Assembly: GCA_025456205.1 (NCBI GenBank)
Contig: JALOLA010000004.1
Span: forward strand, 21,980 to 85,979
Direction: 5' to 3'
Source of the DNA: Acidobacteriota bacterium
GTDB lineage: Bacteria; Acidobacteriota; Aminicenantia; UBA2199
Length of the DNA: 64,000 nt
The notes under the pieces were generated by a model. It saw nothing but the letters and a program-made list of their open reading frames with translations. It did no database searches and was not told where the DNA came from. Below, piece after piece: positions 1 through 8,694 of this stretch. A program made the translations under genes and the position numbers. Position 1 is the first letter of the stretch. Each line of letters opens with the position of its first letter.

Positions 1-106
1 AAGTTTGGAGAAATAAAACATGGGCAGCGTTAAAGACTTAAAAATATTAAATACACCCCGATAGTGGTGCAGCGGGAATAAAAAGTATCAGCAAAAATGA
101 GGCTTC

Positions 107-1666
107 ATGACAACCCAAACGATGGATTTCAGCAGCATTTATCTCCGTTACGGCTATTCGAGAGAGGTGATTTCTGTCATTGAAAAGGAGAATTTACTGC
201 CACTCGGATTACTAAAAAGATTGCATTCAAATTATCCGCAGCAATCGGGTTTTTTCAGAACGGATGAAGCTTTTTTTTCAGAAAAAACATTTTTTTCCGG
301 TTTAAAAGGATTCAGGGAAATAATCGAGAAACTAAACGAACATAAAATTGACATCGGATTTATTCGAGAGCGCGAATTTTTCATCGAAGTTTATAGATTC
401 TTAGCAACGAAACACGTCTTGAATTCGATTGATTGGAACAGTTATGAAAAAGATCCGATGTATCATTTGATTTTCCCTCAACCGGGCATGATCCATGCTG
501 ATGAAGTTAAAAAGTATATTGACGCGAAAAATGACGATGAAAGAAAAAAAGTTGTTGAGGAATATAAGAAAAAAACAAATCCACATGATGGAAAGCAAAA
601 ATTGAACAAGCCGTGGTTTGTAAACAAAGAAGGTCGGTTGGAAATATTGCAGGGTTGTCAGCATAAATATCCTCCCGTAAAATTGATTTTCGACAAAACC
701 ACCCAAAATTGTTTCGCGTTTTGTACCTACTGTTTCCGTCATGCGCAAGTGAGAGGCGATGAGGACATGTTCGTACAGCATGATGTTGGTCAGGTTCATG
801 ATTATCTGAAGAAGCACAAAGAAATCAGTGATATTCTAATCACTGGCGGAGATGCTGGTTTCATTACTCGTGAACGGCTTGCAGAATATGTCAATCCGTT
901 AATGGAAGACCCCGAATTGGTTCATATAAAAACCGTTCGTTTTGGCTCAAGAGCAATTACTTTTCATCCTGAGTTGCTTTTAAGCGATCAATTTAAGGAA
1001 ATACTGGAATTATGGAAGAAAGTCATTGACAGCGGCATACAAGTTGTCTGGATGGCGCATTTTTCGACTTCTCGTGATATCTTAAATCCAGGCTCAGTCG
1101 CTGCTATTCGCAGATTAAAACAGTATGGAATTTCTGTTAAGAGTCAAAGCCCAATAATGAACCATGTCAGTTTATTCAAAGATGAAAACGGCAAGGTTGA
1201 CATAGATAAGTCCGCACAAAATTGGATCGATTTGGGAAACATATTGGCCATGGTGGGTGTGGGTTTCCATTCCATGTATTGTGCAAGACCTACTGGAGAA
1301 CATCATTATTTCACTGCTCCTTTGGCGGATATATCAAGAATATTCAATAAAATTTATAGGGAATTGGCATCGATTAATCGTCCTTCTAGGTATATCACCA
1401 TGACTTCTTCTTCAGGAAAAATATCACTGTTGGGTACCGGCGAAATCAATGGAGAAAAAATATTTGCGCTGAAATTTAACGAAGGCAGGGACATGGATTG
1501 GATGGATAGGGTTTATTTTGCTAAATTCGACGAAAAGGAAAACACAATAGAAAAGTTGGAGCCTTATGGGACAGGTAAATATTTTTATGAAGATGAATTA
1601 ATTGAAATCGAAAATAAACTCGCCGAAGCATTGGAAAAAAAAATTAAAGAATCTGAACAATTATGA
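107..1666 (+). CDS. KamA-family radical SAM amino-acid 2,3-aminomutase-like protein (519 aa, about 100 aa longer at the N-terminus than typical KamA)
   Basis: Cys triad CFAFCTYC (CxxxCxxC) at aa 202-209, preceded by GCQHKYPPVKLIFDKTTQN. This matches the lysine 2,3-aminomutase block G-x-HRYP-(hydrophobic run)-D-x-C-x3-C-x2-C. AT-rich codon usage. First gene of a packed + strand operon. Confidence 0.8.
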   Translation: MTTQTMDFSSIYLRYGYSREVISVIEKENLLPLGLLKRLHSNYPQQSGFFRTDEAFFSEKTFFSGLKGFREIIEKLNEHKIDIGFIREREFFIEVYRFLATKHVLNSIDWNSYEKDPMYHLIFPQPGMIHADEVKKYIDAKNDDERKKVVEEYKKKTNPHDGKQKLNKPWFVNKEGRLEILQGCQHKYPPVKLIFDKTTQNCFAFCTYCFRHAQVRGDEDMFVQHDVGQVHDYLKKHKEISDILITGGDAGFITRERLAEYVNPLMEDPELVHIKTVRFGSRAITFHPELLLSDQFKEILELWKKVIDSGIQVVWMAHFSTSRDILNPGSVAAIRRLKQYGISVKSQSPIMNHVSLFKDENGKVDIDKSAQNWIDLGNILAMVGVGFHSMYCARPTGEHHYFTAPLADISRIFNKIYRELASINRPSRYITMTSSSGKISLLGTGEINGEKIFALKFNEGRDMDWMDRVYFAKFDEKENTIEKLEPYGTGKYFYEDELIEIENKLAEALEKKIKESEQL

Positions 1667-2379
1667 TAAACAAATTAGTTAAATCAGCCAGGGAAGCGGT
1701 TGTGGACATTTTTGATGGAGCAACCGTTATGATAAGTGGTTTCGGTGAGGCGGGTAGTCCTATTGAATTGATTCATGCTTTAATAGACCAGGGGGCAAAT
1801 AAACTGACTATTGTCAGTAATAACACCGGCAGTGGTAATGTTGGCCTTGCCGCACTTATTGAAAACAAGCAAGTCAAAAAGATGATATGTTCATTTCCCA
1901 GAACTGCCAATTCCACAGTCTTTCCCGATCTGTATCGTAAAGGAGAGATAGAACTGGAGCTGGTTCCGCAAGGAACGCTCGCTGAGAGAATCAGAGCTGC
2001 CGGCGCAGGGATTCCGGCATATTATACCCAAACATCGGTAAATACGCCACTTGCCCAGAACAAAGAATTGCGAATATTCAATAAAAAGGCATACGTTTTG
2101 GAATACGCCATCAAAGCGGATTTTTCGTTGGTTAAGTGCCATGCCGCTGATAGATACGGTAACCTGATCTACAATAAAACCGCCAGAAATTTCGGTCCGA
2201 TCATGTGTACTGCAGCAAAAACAACTATCGTGCAAGCAAGGAAAATTCTCGAGCTCGGACAAATAGACCCCGAGTGCGTTGTAACCCCCGGAATTTTTGT
2301 TAAAAGAGTTGTGGAAGTTGCTGATCCCGCAGACGAATCGAAACTCGTCGCGGAAAATAGAAGGTACCCATGGAATTGA
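1663..2379 (+). CDS. 3-oxoacid CoA-transferase subunit A (ScoA/AtoD/PcaI type)
   Basis: N-terminus MINKLV...ISGFGEAGSPIELIHALIDQGANKLTIVSNNTGSG is the canonical CoA-transferase family I alpha subunit. Overlaps the upstream stop by 4 nt. Confidence 0.85.
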   Translation: MINKLVKSAREAVVDIFDGATVMISGFGEAGSPIELIHALIDQGANKLTIVSNNTGSGNVGLAALIENKQVKKMICSFPRTANSTVFPDLYRKGEIELELVPQGTLAERIRAAGAGIPAYYTQTSVNTPLAQNKELRIFNKKAYVLEYAIKADFSLVKCHAADRYGNLIYNKTARNFGPIMCTAAKTTIVQARKILELGQIDPECVVTPGIFVKRVVEVADPADESKLVAENRRYPWN

Positions 2380-3041
2380 ATGAAGAAAATATAGGTTGGA
2401 GTGTGAATCAGATGGCCCAAAAAGTGGCCATGGATATCCATGATGGAGCTTATGTGAATCTCGGTATTGGCATGCCGGAGTTGGTTGCCGATTTTATTCC
2501 CGAAGGTCGCGAAGTTATTTATCACACCGAAAATGGTCTGCTTGGCATGGGCAAAGCGCCGCAACCCGGATGCGAGGACCCTGAATTGATAAACGCGGGG
2601 AAAAAATGCGTGACGGCAATACCCGGTGCTTGCTATTTTCATCATGCCGATAGCTTTACAATGATTCGTGGCGGACATATCGATGTTTGTGTGCTGGGTG
2701 CATTGCAGATTTCTGAAGAGGGAGATCTTGCCAACTGGTCAACGGGAGAACCGGGAGCCGTTCCCGCCGTTGGCGGCGCGATGGATCTGGTTGCGGGTGT
2801 TCAAACAATATTTGTGATTACCCAACATTGTATGAAAAACGGCCAAGCAAAAATCGTCAAACAGTGTACTTATCCCCTTACGGGAAAAAATGTTGTGAAC
2901 CGAATTTATTCCAACCTTGCGATTATTGATGTGATTGAAAAAAAACTGTTTGTTAGAGAGCTTGCGCGTGGAGTCACTTTTGGATATTTGCAAAAGAATA
3001 CGGATGCCAAGTTATTCAAAAATTCAGGAGAACAACTTTAA
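2370..3041 (+). CDS. 3-oxoacid CoA-transferase subunit B (ScoB/AtoA/PcaJ type)
   Basis: AYVNLGIGMPELVADFIP ... YHTENGLLGMG is the beta-subunit signature, with the catalytic Glu in the ENG motif. Overlaps subunit A by 10 nt. Confidence 0.85.
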   Translation: MELNEENIGWSVNQMAQKVAMDIHDGAYVNLGIGMPELVADFIPEGREVIYHTENGLLGMGKAPQPGCEDPELINAGKKCVTAIPGACYFHHADSFTMIRGGHIDVCVLGALQISEEGDLANWSTGEPGAVPAVGGAMDLVAGVQTIFVITQHCMKNGQAKIVKQCTYPLTGKNVVNRIYSNLAIIDVIEKKLFVRELARGVTFGYLQKNTDAKLFKNSGEQL

Positions 3042-3050
3042 CTGAACATC

Positions 3051-4382
3051 ATGGTGGAAAAAAATAGCGAAGAGATTTACAGGCAGGCATGTGAAGTATT
3101 AACCGGCGGGGTTAGTCGCAATACCGTTTATCGCAAACCTTTCCCGCATTATGCGGCAAAAGCTTCCGGATGCTATATTTCCGATGTCGAGGGGACGGAG
3201 CGTATCGATTTTGCCAATAATATGGCGGCTCTAATTCATGGGCATGCGCACCCAGCAATAATCGAAGCTGTTTCCCGGCAGCTGCAAAGGGGAACCGCCT
3301 ATACTCTGGCTTCCGAGATTGAAGTGGCATTCGCGCAACTTTTAAATAAAAGGGCTAAGAGTTTTGAAAGAATCAGATTTGTGAACTCCGGAACGGAAGC
3401 CGTCATGGCCATGATAAAAGCATCAAGGGCGTTTACCGGGCGAGCCAAAATCGCAAAAGCAGAGGGCGCTTATCACGGGACTTATGATTATGCCGAAGTC
3501 AGCCAAACTGCAAATCCTACTAACTGGGGGGATATAAACAAACCAAATAGTGTTCCTCTTGTTTATGCAACACCTAAAGGAGTTTTGGATGATGTACTGA
3601 TTTTCCCCTATAATGATATTGAAAGGACAATTGCCATTTTGGACACGCAAGCAGACCAAATCGCTTGTGTATTGATTGACCCTGTTCCGCATCGGGTTGG
3701 GCTTTTGCAGGGCACATGTGAGTTTATTGAGGCAATTTACAATTGGACCCGGAAAAATGGCGCATTACTTGTGTTTGATGAGGTCGTTACTTTGAGAGTT
3801 AAATACGGGGGTGCACAGGAAAAATATTCTGTAAGCCCCGATATAACCGCATTAGGAAAAATTATCGGCGGAGGATTCCCTGTTGGTGCTATCGCGGGGA
3901 GGGCAGATATTATGAAAGTTTTAGACCCTCGTGAAAGTAATCTGCGATTTCCCCATTCCGGAACTTTTTCCGCTAATCCGATCACAATGACCGCCGGTTA
4001 TGTAGCAATGGAACTATTTGACAAAGATGCTGTTCTGAGATTAAATGCGCTAACGGATAAAGCTATCCGACAGATTGAAGAAGTAATCAGGCTCGTCGAT
4101 GTTCCGGTTTCTCTTACAGGAGCAGGCTCCATGTTTCGTTTTCATTTAACTCCAACTCCGCCTTCGACTTATCGTGAAGCTTATCAAACAAAAGAAGCCA
4201 ATGCTATTATTAACGAACTCCTTGACTTTTTGTATTTTAATGAAAAAATGCTAATGATTAACACTTTTGCTTGTATGTTTTCAACGGTAATGACCCAAAA
4301 AGAAATAGATAAACTCTCTGACGGATTGCTGCGAGCTTTTAGGGCATTGAAGCCGAAAATTGAAAAATTACAAAACACATAA
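3051..4382 (+). CDS. Class-III (PLP) aminotransferase of the glutamate-1-semialdehyde aminomutase-like subgroup; candidate beta-amino-acid transaminase
   Basis: YTLASEIEVAFAQLL, FVNSGTEAVMAMIKASRAFTGR and LVFDEVVT...LGKIIGGGFPVGA (PLP-Lys region) are typical of the HemL-like fold type I AT-III subgroup. The subgroup assignment is by similarity pattern only. Confidence 0.75.
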   Translation: MVEKNSEEIYRQACEVLTGGVSRNTVYRKPFPHYAAKASGCYISDVEGTERIDFANNMAALIHGHAHPAIIEAVSRQLQRGTAYTLASEIEVAFAQLLNKRAKSFERIRFVNSGTEAVMAMIKASRAFTGRAKIAKAEGAYHGTYDYAEVSQTANPTNWGDINKPNSVPLVYATPKGVLDDVLIFPYNDIERTIAILDTQADQIACVLIDPVPHRVGLLQGTCEFIEAIYNWTRKNGALLVFDEVVTLRVKYGGAQEKYSVSPDITALGKIIGGGFPVGAIAGRADIMKVLDPRESNLRFPHSGTFSANPITMTAGYVAMELFDKDAVLRLNALTDKAIRQIEEVIRLVDVPVSLTGAGSMFRFHLTPTPPSTYREAYQTKEANAIINELLDFLYFNEKMLMINTFACMFSTVMTQKEIDKLSDGLLRAFRALKPKIEKLQNT

Positions 4383-4383
4383 T

Positions 4384-5589
4384 ATGATGCGGGAAGCTTT
4401 TATTTGCGATGCGATTCGAACCCCGATTGGGAAATACGGCGGTGCATTGTCATCAGTAAGAGCGGATGATTTGGCGGCAATCTCTATTAAAGCACTAATG
4501 AGAAGGAATGCCGGCATTGATTGGAAGGAAATTGATGACGTGATCTTGGGCTGTGCCAACCAGGCAGGTGAAGACAACCGAAATGTAGCCCGCATGGCTT
4601 TGCTGTTGGCCGGCCTGCCCGTAACGGTTCCGGGTGTAACTGCAAACCGCTTGTGTGGTTCGGGAATGGATGCTGTTGGTGCTGCGGCAAGAGCCATCAG
4701 ATCAGAAGAAGCAGAAATGCTGATAGCGGGCGGTGTCGAAAGCATGTCAAGGGCTCCTTTTGTACTGGCAAAAGCAACGGAAGCCTTCTCAAGATCGGCT
4801 GAAATATTCGATTCAACGATTGGCTGGAGGTTCATCAATAAAGAATTCAAGAAAATATTCGGCACTGATTCGATGATAGAAACGGCCGAGAACATCGCCA
4901 GGGAGTTGAAAATCAGTCGCGAAGACCAGGACAGATTCGCATTTCATAGCCAGATGAAAGCTGCAAATGCCCAACAAAATGGATTATTTGCAGATGAAAT
5001 CTTTCCGGTTCTTATTTCACAAAGCAAAGGCGAACAAATAAAAGTGGATCAAGACGAACATCCGCGTTTGACGTCATTGGAAAAGCTTGCATCGTTGAAG
5101 TCGCTTACAGGTGATGGCGGAACAATAACAGCAGGAAACTCTTCCGGTGTCAACGATGGCTCCGCTGCCTTAATTATCGCTTCGGAAAAAGCAATTAAAG
5201 CAAATAATTTAGTGCCCAAAGCCAAAATATTGGGAATGCAAACATCCGGCGTTCCGCCTCGCATCATGGGGATGGGGCCCGTTCCGGCTACAAAACAATT
5301 GCTGAAACGATTGGGATTATCGCTTGACGATATTGGCATCATTGAGCTTAACGAAGCTTTTGCGGCCCAGTCGCTTGGCTGTATTCGCGAGCTTGAACTG
5401 GATGACAATGATGAAAGAATAAACCAGCTTGGCGGAGCTATTGCGCTTGGCCATCCGTTAGGTATGTCAGGTGCTAGAATCGTAGCTACGGCTTGTTGTC
5501 AATTGCAGCGTTCCGATTCCAAATATGCGCTTTGCACTATGTGCATCGGCGTGGGTCAGGGCATAGCAATTGTTTTGGCAAAGGGTTAA
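4384..5589 (+). CDS. Acetyl-CoA C-acyltransferase / beta-ketoadipyl-CoA thiolase-like (PcaF/PaaJ-like)
   Basis: MMREAFICDAIRTPIGKYGGALSSVRADDLAAISIKAL closely matches the PcaF/PaaJ N-terminus. Active-site region NRLCGSGMDAV and C-terminal CIGVGQG are present. ATG at 4384 lies 1 nt after the aminotransferase stop, so I preferred it to the track start at 4360. Confidence 0.85.
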   Translation: MMREAFICDAIRTPIGKYGGALSSVRADDLAAISIKALMRRNAGIDWKEIDDVILGCANQAGEDNRNVARMALLLAGLPVTVPGVTANRLCGSGMDAVGAAARAIRSEEAEMLIAGGVESMSRAPFVLAKATEAFSRSAEIFDSTIGWRFINKEFKKIFGTDSMIETAENIARELKISREDQDRFAFHSQMKAANAQQNGLFADEIFPVLISQSKGEQIKVDQDEHPRLTSLEKLASLKSLTGDGGTITAGNSSGVNDGSAALIIASEKAIKANNLVPKAKILGMQTSGVPPRIMGMGPVPATKQLLKRLGLSLDDIGIIELNEAFAAQSLGCIRELELDDNDERINQLGGAIALGHPLGMSGARIVATACCQLQRSDSKYALCTMCIGVGQGIAIVLAKG

Positions 5590-5810
5590 ATGAAAATCCC
5601 GGTTTGACAGCCGAGATGCCTCCGGCAAATACGCGTGGATTCTTCGAAAACCGGCTGGAATTCTTCGCGTGAACCGATGGCAAGAAGGGAAACAAGCTCT
5701 TTTTTGGTTATGTTTCCGTCTCTGACATCCTTCAAAATATCTTCAATGGGTTTGACCACGCATTCTCCGACAATTCTATTTTTGTCATGACTAATTTTGA
5801 AAAAAACCAT
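5586..5810 (-). CDS. Hypothetical small protein (74 aa; alternative upstream ATG would give 96 aa ending at 5876)
   Basis: This is the 3' tail of the artefactual 995-aa antisense ORF and the only part lying outside fdhA. Intermediate base composition, no recognisable motif. Sits exactly at the AT-rich/GC-rich junction. Confidence 0.3.
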   Translation of the reverse strand: MVFFKISHDKNRIVGECVVKPIEDILKDVRDGNITKKELVSLLAIGSREEFQPVFEESTRICRRHLGCQTGIFI

Positions 5811-5957
5811 TGAAATGGCAATAGGGTCTTTCGAATCATTTATTGCAATTCCCCCGGATATTTCGTACAATACCATACTGGGTATGGGGAATGTAGCGAT
5901 CGCCCATTTGGTCAGCTGGCCATTCGCAATACTTGAGAAGCAAAAAAGGAGGCATCC

Positions 5958-8681
5958 ATGCCGGAAACAGTTACCATTTGCATCGATGGAAAGGAAATCA
6001 AGGCAAACAAAGGCGACAACCTGCTCAAGGTGGCCAGGGACAACGGTTTTGATATTCCCGGCTTGTGCTTTTACGAAAAAATAACCCCCACCGGCGACTG
6101 CCGGCTGTGCATGGTGAAGATAGAAGGGCGGCCCGGCATGGTCCCCTCCTGCCTGGTCAAGGTGGAGGCGGGGATGAAGGTCACCGCCTTCGATGCCCAG
6201 CTCGAGGAAACGCGCCGGATGCTGGCCGACGTGCTGCTCTCCGAGCACAACGACGACTGCATCACCTGCGAGCGCGACGGCGACTGCCAGATCCAGGACC
6301 TGGCCTTCCGCTATGGCCTGGACACCCCCAAGCGCGCGTTCGCCGCGATCTGGAATGAGATCCCCCAGGCCCCCGATTCGTCGGCGCCGGTCCTGTTCTA
6401 CGACTCCTCCAAGTGCATCAAGTGCGAGCGCTGCGTCAAGGCCTGCTTCGAAATCCAGGGCAAAGGGGTGCTGAGCATGGCCCAGCGCGGCATCCACAGC
6501 CACGTCGTGGCCGGTACCGGCCTTTGGTCGGGATCGGAATGCGACGGCTGCGGCGAGTGCGTCCAGGCCTGCCCGGTGGGCGCCCTGATGGAGAAGCCGG
6601 TATACGGCGCCAAGCTGAAGAAAAAGGACGTGGAGCGCAAGGTGGTCACCACCTGCCCGTACTGCGGCGTCGGCTGCCAGCTCGAGCTCTGGATCAAGAA
6701 TGACAGGATCGCCAAGGTGAAGGGCGCCGACATGGTCCCCAACTGGGGGGCGGCCTGCGTCAAGGGACGCTTCGGCCTCGATTTCGTCCAGCGCCCCGAC
6801 CGCTTGACCCGGCCCCTCATCCGCAAGGAGGGCAAGCTGGTGGAAAGCTCCTGGGACGAGGCCCTTGACCTGGTGGCCGCCAAGCTCGGCGCCATCAAGA
6901 AGGAGCACGGCCCCGCCGCCCTGGCCGGCCTCGCTTCGGCCAAGTGCACCAACGAGGAGAACTTCGTCTTCCAGAAGTTGGTGCGCACCGCCTTCGGCTC
7001 CAATAACGTCGACCACTGCGCCCGCCTGTGCCACGCTTCCACCGTCGCCGGCCTGGCCCGCTCCTTCGGCTCGGGCGCCATGACCAACTCCATCGCCGAG
7101 CTGGAGCAGGCCGAGGTCATCCTGATCACCGGCTCCAACACCACCGAGACCCACCCGGTCATCGCCACGCGCATCAAGCGCGCCGTCCTCTTCCACGGCG
7201 CCAAGCTCATCGTCATCGACCCGCGGCGCATCGACCTGGTCAAGTATACCGAGAACTACGGCGGCCTGTGGCTGCGCCAGAAGAACGGCAGCGACGTGGC
7301 CTGGATCAACAGCATGATGAACGTCATCATCGAGGAAAAACTCCTCGACGAGGAGTTCGTCAAGACGCGCACCGAGGATTTCGCGGCCTTCAGCAAGGTC
7401 GTCTCCGCCTATGCCCCAGAAAAAATGGAGAAGATCACCCACATCCCCGCCGAGCAGCTGCGCCAGGCCGCCCGCCTGTATGCCAAGGCCAATCGTGCCT
7501 CCATCGTTTATTCGATGGGCATCACCCAGCACACCACCGGCACCGACAACGTAATGTCGCTGGCCAACCTGGCCATGGTCACCGGCAGCCTGGGCAAGGA
7601 GTCGGCGGGCGTCAACCCCCTGCGCGGCCAGAACAACGTCCAGGGCTCCTGCGACATGGGCGCCCTGCCCAACGTCTTCCCCGGCTACCAGGCCGTGACC
7701 GAACCCGCCCTCAGGGAAAAATTCGAGAAGGCCTGGAGCGTCAAGCTTGACGACAAGGTCGGCCTGACCATCGTCGAGATCATGCACCAGGCCGCCGCGG
7801 GCAAGATCAAGGGCCTGTACATCATGGGCGAGAACCCCATGGTCTCCGACCCCGACCTCGGCCATGTCAGGCAGGCCCTGGAGAAACTGGATTTCCTGGT
7901 GGTGCAGGACATCTTCCTGACCGAGACCGCCGAGCTGGCCGATGTGGTGCTGCCCGTGGCCTCCTTCGCCGAGAAGCAGGGGACCTTCACCAACACCGAG
8001 CGCCGCGTGCTCTGGGTGGAGAAGGCCGTGCCGGCACCCGGTGAAGCGCGCATCGACTGGGAGATCCTCTGCGACGTGGGACAGCGCATGGGATTTCCCC
8101 TGGGCTTCCAGAGCCTGCAGGATATTGTGCGCGAGGTCAACCAGCTGGTGCCGCAGTACGCCGGCATCACCTTCGAGCGCCTCATGCGCGGCGAGAAGCT
8201 GCAGTGGCCCTGCCCCAACCCCGAGCACCCGGGGACGAAGTTCCTGCACCGCGACAAGTTCACCCGCGGCCTGGGCAAGTTCTTCGCCATCGACTACATC
8301 CCGCCTGCGGAATGGCCCGACGCCAAGTATCCCTTCCTGCTGTCCACCGGCCGCCTGCTCTATCACTATCATACGGGCAGCATGAGCCGGCGCACCGAGG
8401 CATTGCCGCAGTATGTTCCCGGCCCCTACATGGAGACGCATGCCGCCGACATGAAGCGGCTGGGCATCGCTGACCGCGAGCAGGTCAAGGTATCGTCGCG
8501 GCGCGGCTCGATCGTCATCGAGGCGCGCGAAAGCGACCGCGTCGACGAGGGCTCGGTGTTCATCACCTTCCACTTCGCCGAGGCGGCGGCCAATGTGCTC
8601 ACCAACGACGCTTTCGATCCCATCGCCAAGATCCCCGAGTTCAAAGTGGCGGCCTGCCAGATAGAAAAAATATCAAAATAA
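5958..8681 (+). CDS. Formate dehydrogenase alpha subunit, molybdopterin-dependent, NAD-linked type with N-terminal 2Fe-2S and 4Fe-4S domains (Cys-type, not selenocysteine)
   Basis: N-terminal ICIDGKEIKANKGDNLL...CRLCMV (2Fe-2S ferredoxin-like). CIKCERCVKAC and CDGCGECVQACPVGA (4Fe-4S). TTCPYCGVGC (molybdopterin-domain Fe-S). NVDHCARLCHASTVAGL with Cys at the position of Sec in FdhF. RBS aaggagg at 5938-5944. No in-frame TGA. Confidence 0.9.
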   Translation: MPETVTICIDGKEIKANKGDNLLKVARDNGFDIPGLCFYEKITPTGDCRLCMVKIEGRPGMVPSCLVKVEAGMKVTAFDAQLEETRRMLADVLLSEHNDDCITCERDGDCQIQDLAFRYGLDTPKRAFAAIWNEIPQAPDSSAPVLFYDSSKCIKCERCVKACFEIQGKGVLSMAQRGIHSHVVAGTGLWSGSECDGCGECVQACPVGALMEKPVYGAKLKKKDVERKVVTTCPYCGVGCQLELWIKNDRIAKVKGADMVPNWGAACVKGRFGLDFVQRPDRLTRPLIRKEGKLVESSWDEALDLVAAKLGAIKKEHGPAALAGLASAKCTNEENFVFQKLVRTAFGSNNVDHCARLCHASTVAGLARSFGSGAMTNSIAELEQAEVILITGSNTTETHPVIATRIKRAVLFHGAKLIVIDPRRIDLVKYTENYGGLWLRQKNGSDVAWINSMMNVIIEEKLLDEEFVKTRTEDFAAFSKVVSAYAPEKMEKITHIPAEQLRQAARLYAKANRASIVYSMGITQHTTGTDNVMSLANLAMVTGSLGKESAGVNPLRGQNNVQGSCDMGALPNVFPGYQAVTEPALREKFEKAWSVKLDDKVGLTIVEIMHQAAAGKIKGLYIMGENPMVSDPDLGHVRQALEKLDFLVVQDIFLTETAELADVVLPVASFAEKQGTFTNTERRVLWVEKAVPAPGEARIDWEILCDVGQRMGFPLGFQSLQDIVREVNQLVPQYAGITFERLMRGEKLQWPCPNPEHPGTKFLHRDKFTRGLGKFFAIDYIPPAEWPDAKYPFLLSTGRLLYHYHTGSMSRRTEALPQYVPGPYMETHAADMKRLGIADREQVKVSSRRGSIVIEARESDRVDEGSVFITFHFAEAAANVLTNDAFDPIAKIPEFKVAACQIEKISK

Positions 8682-8694
8682 AGGAGGATGAACA

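Noticed and set aside
1-5957. Mobile element, integrase or transposase associated with the AT-rich block
   Set aside because: No ORF in the window has DDE-transposase, tyrosine or serine recombinase features, and no terminal inverted or direct repeats flank the junction within the window. Mobility cannot be supported from this sequence alone.
5586-8573. 995-aa - strand ORF, the longest in the track
   Set aside because: Antisense to the clearly recognisable fdhA gene. Translation is Ala/Gly/Arg/Asp/Leu-rich low-complexity with no motif, as expected for the reverse frame of GC-rich coding DNA. Only its 3' tail (5586..5810) lies outside fdhA, and that was kept as a low-confidence ORF.
5958-8681. 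Selenocysteine (TGA-recoded) formate dehydrogenase with a SECIS element
   Set aside because: The ORF is uninterrupted. The position homologous to Sec in FdhF is a Cys codon (HCARLCHAST). No in-frame TGA.
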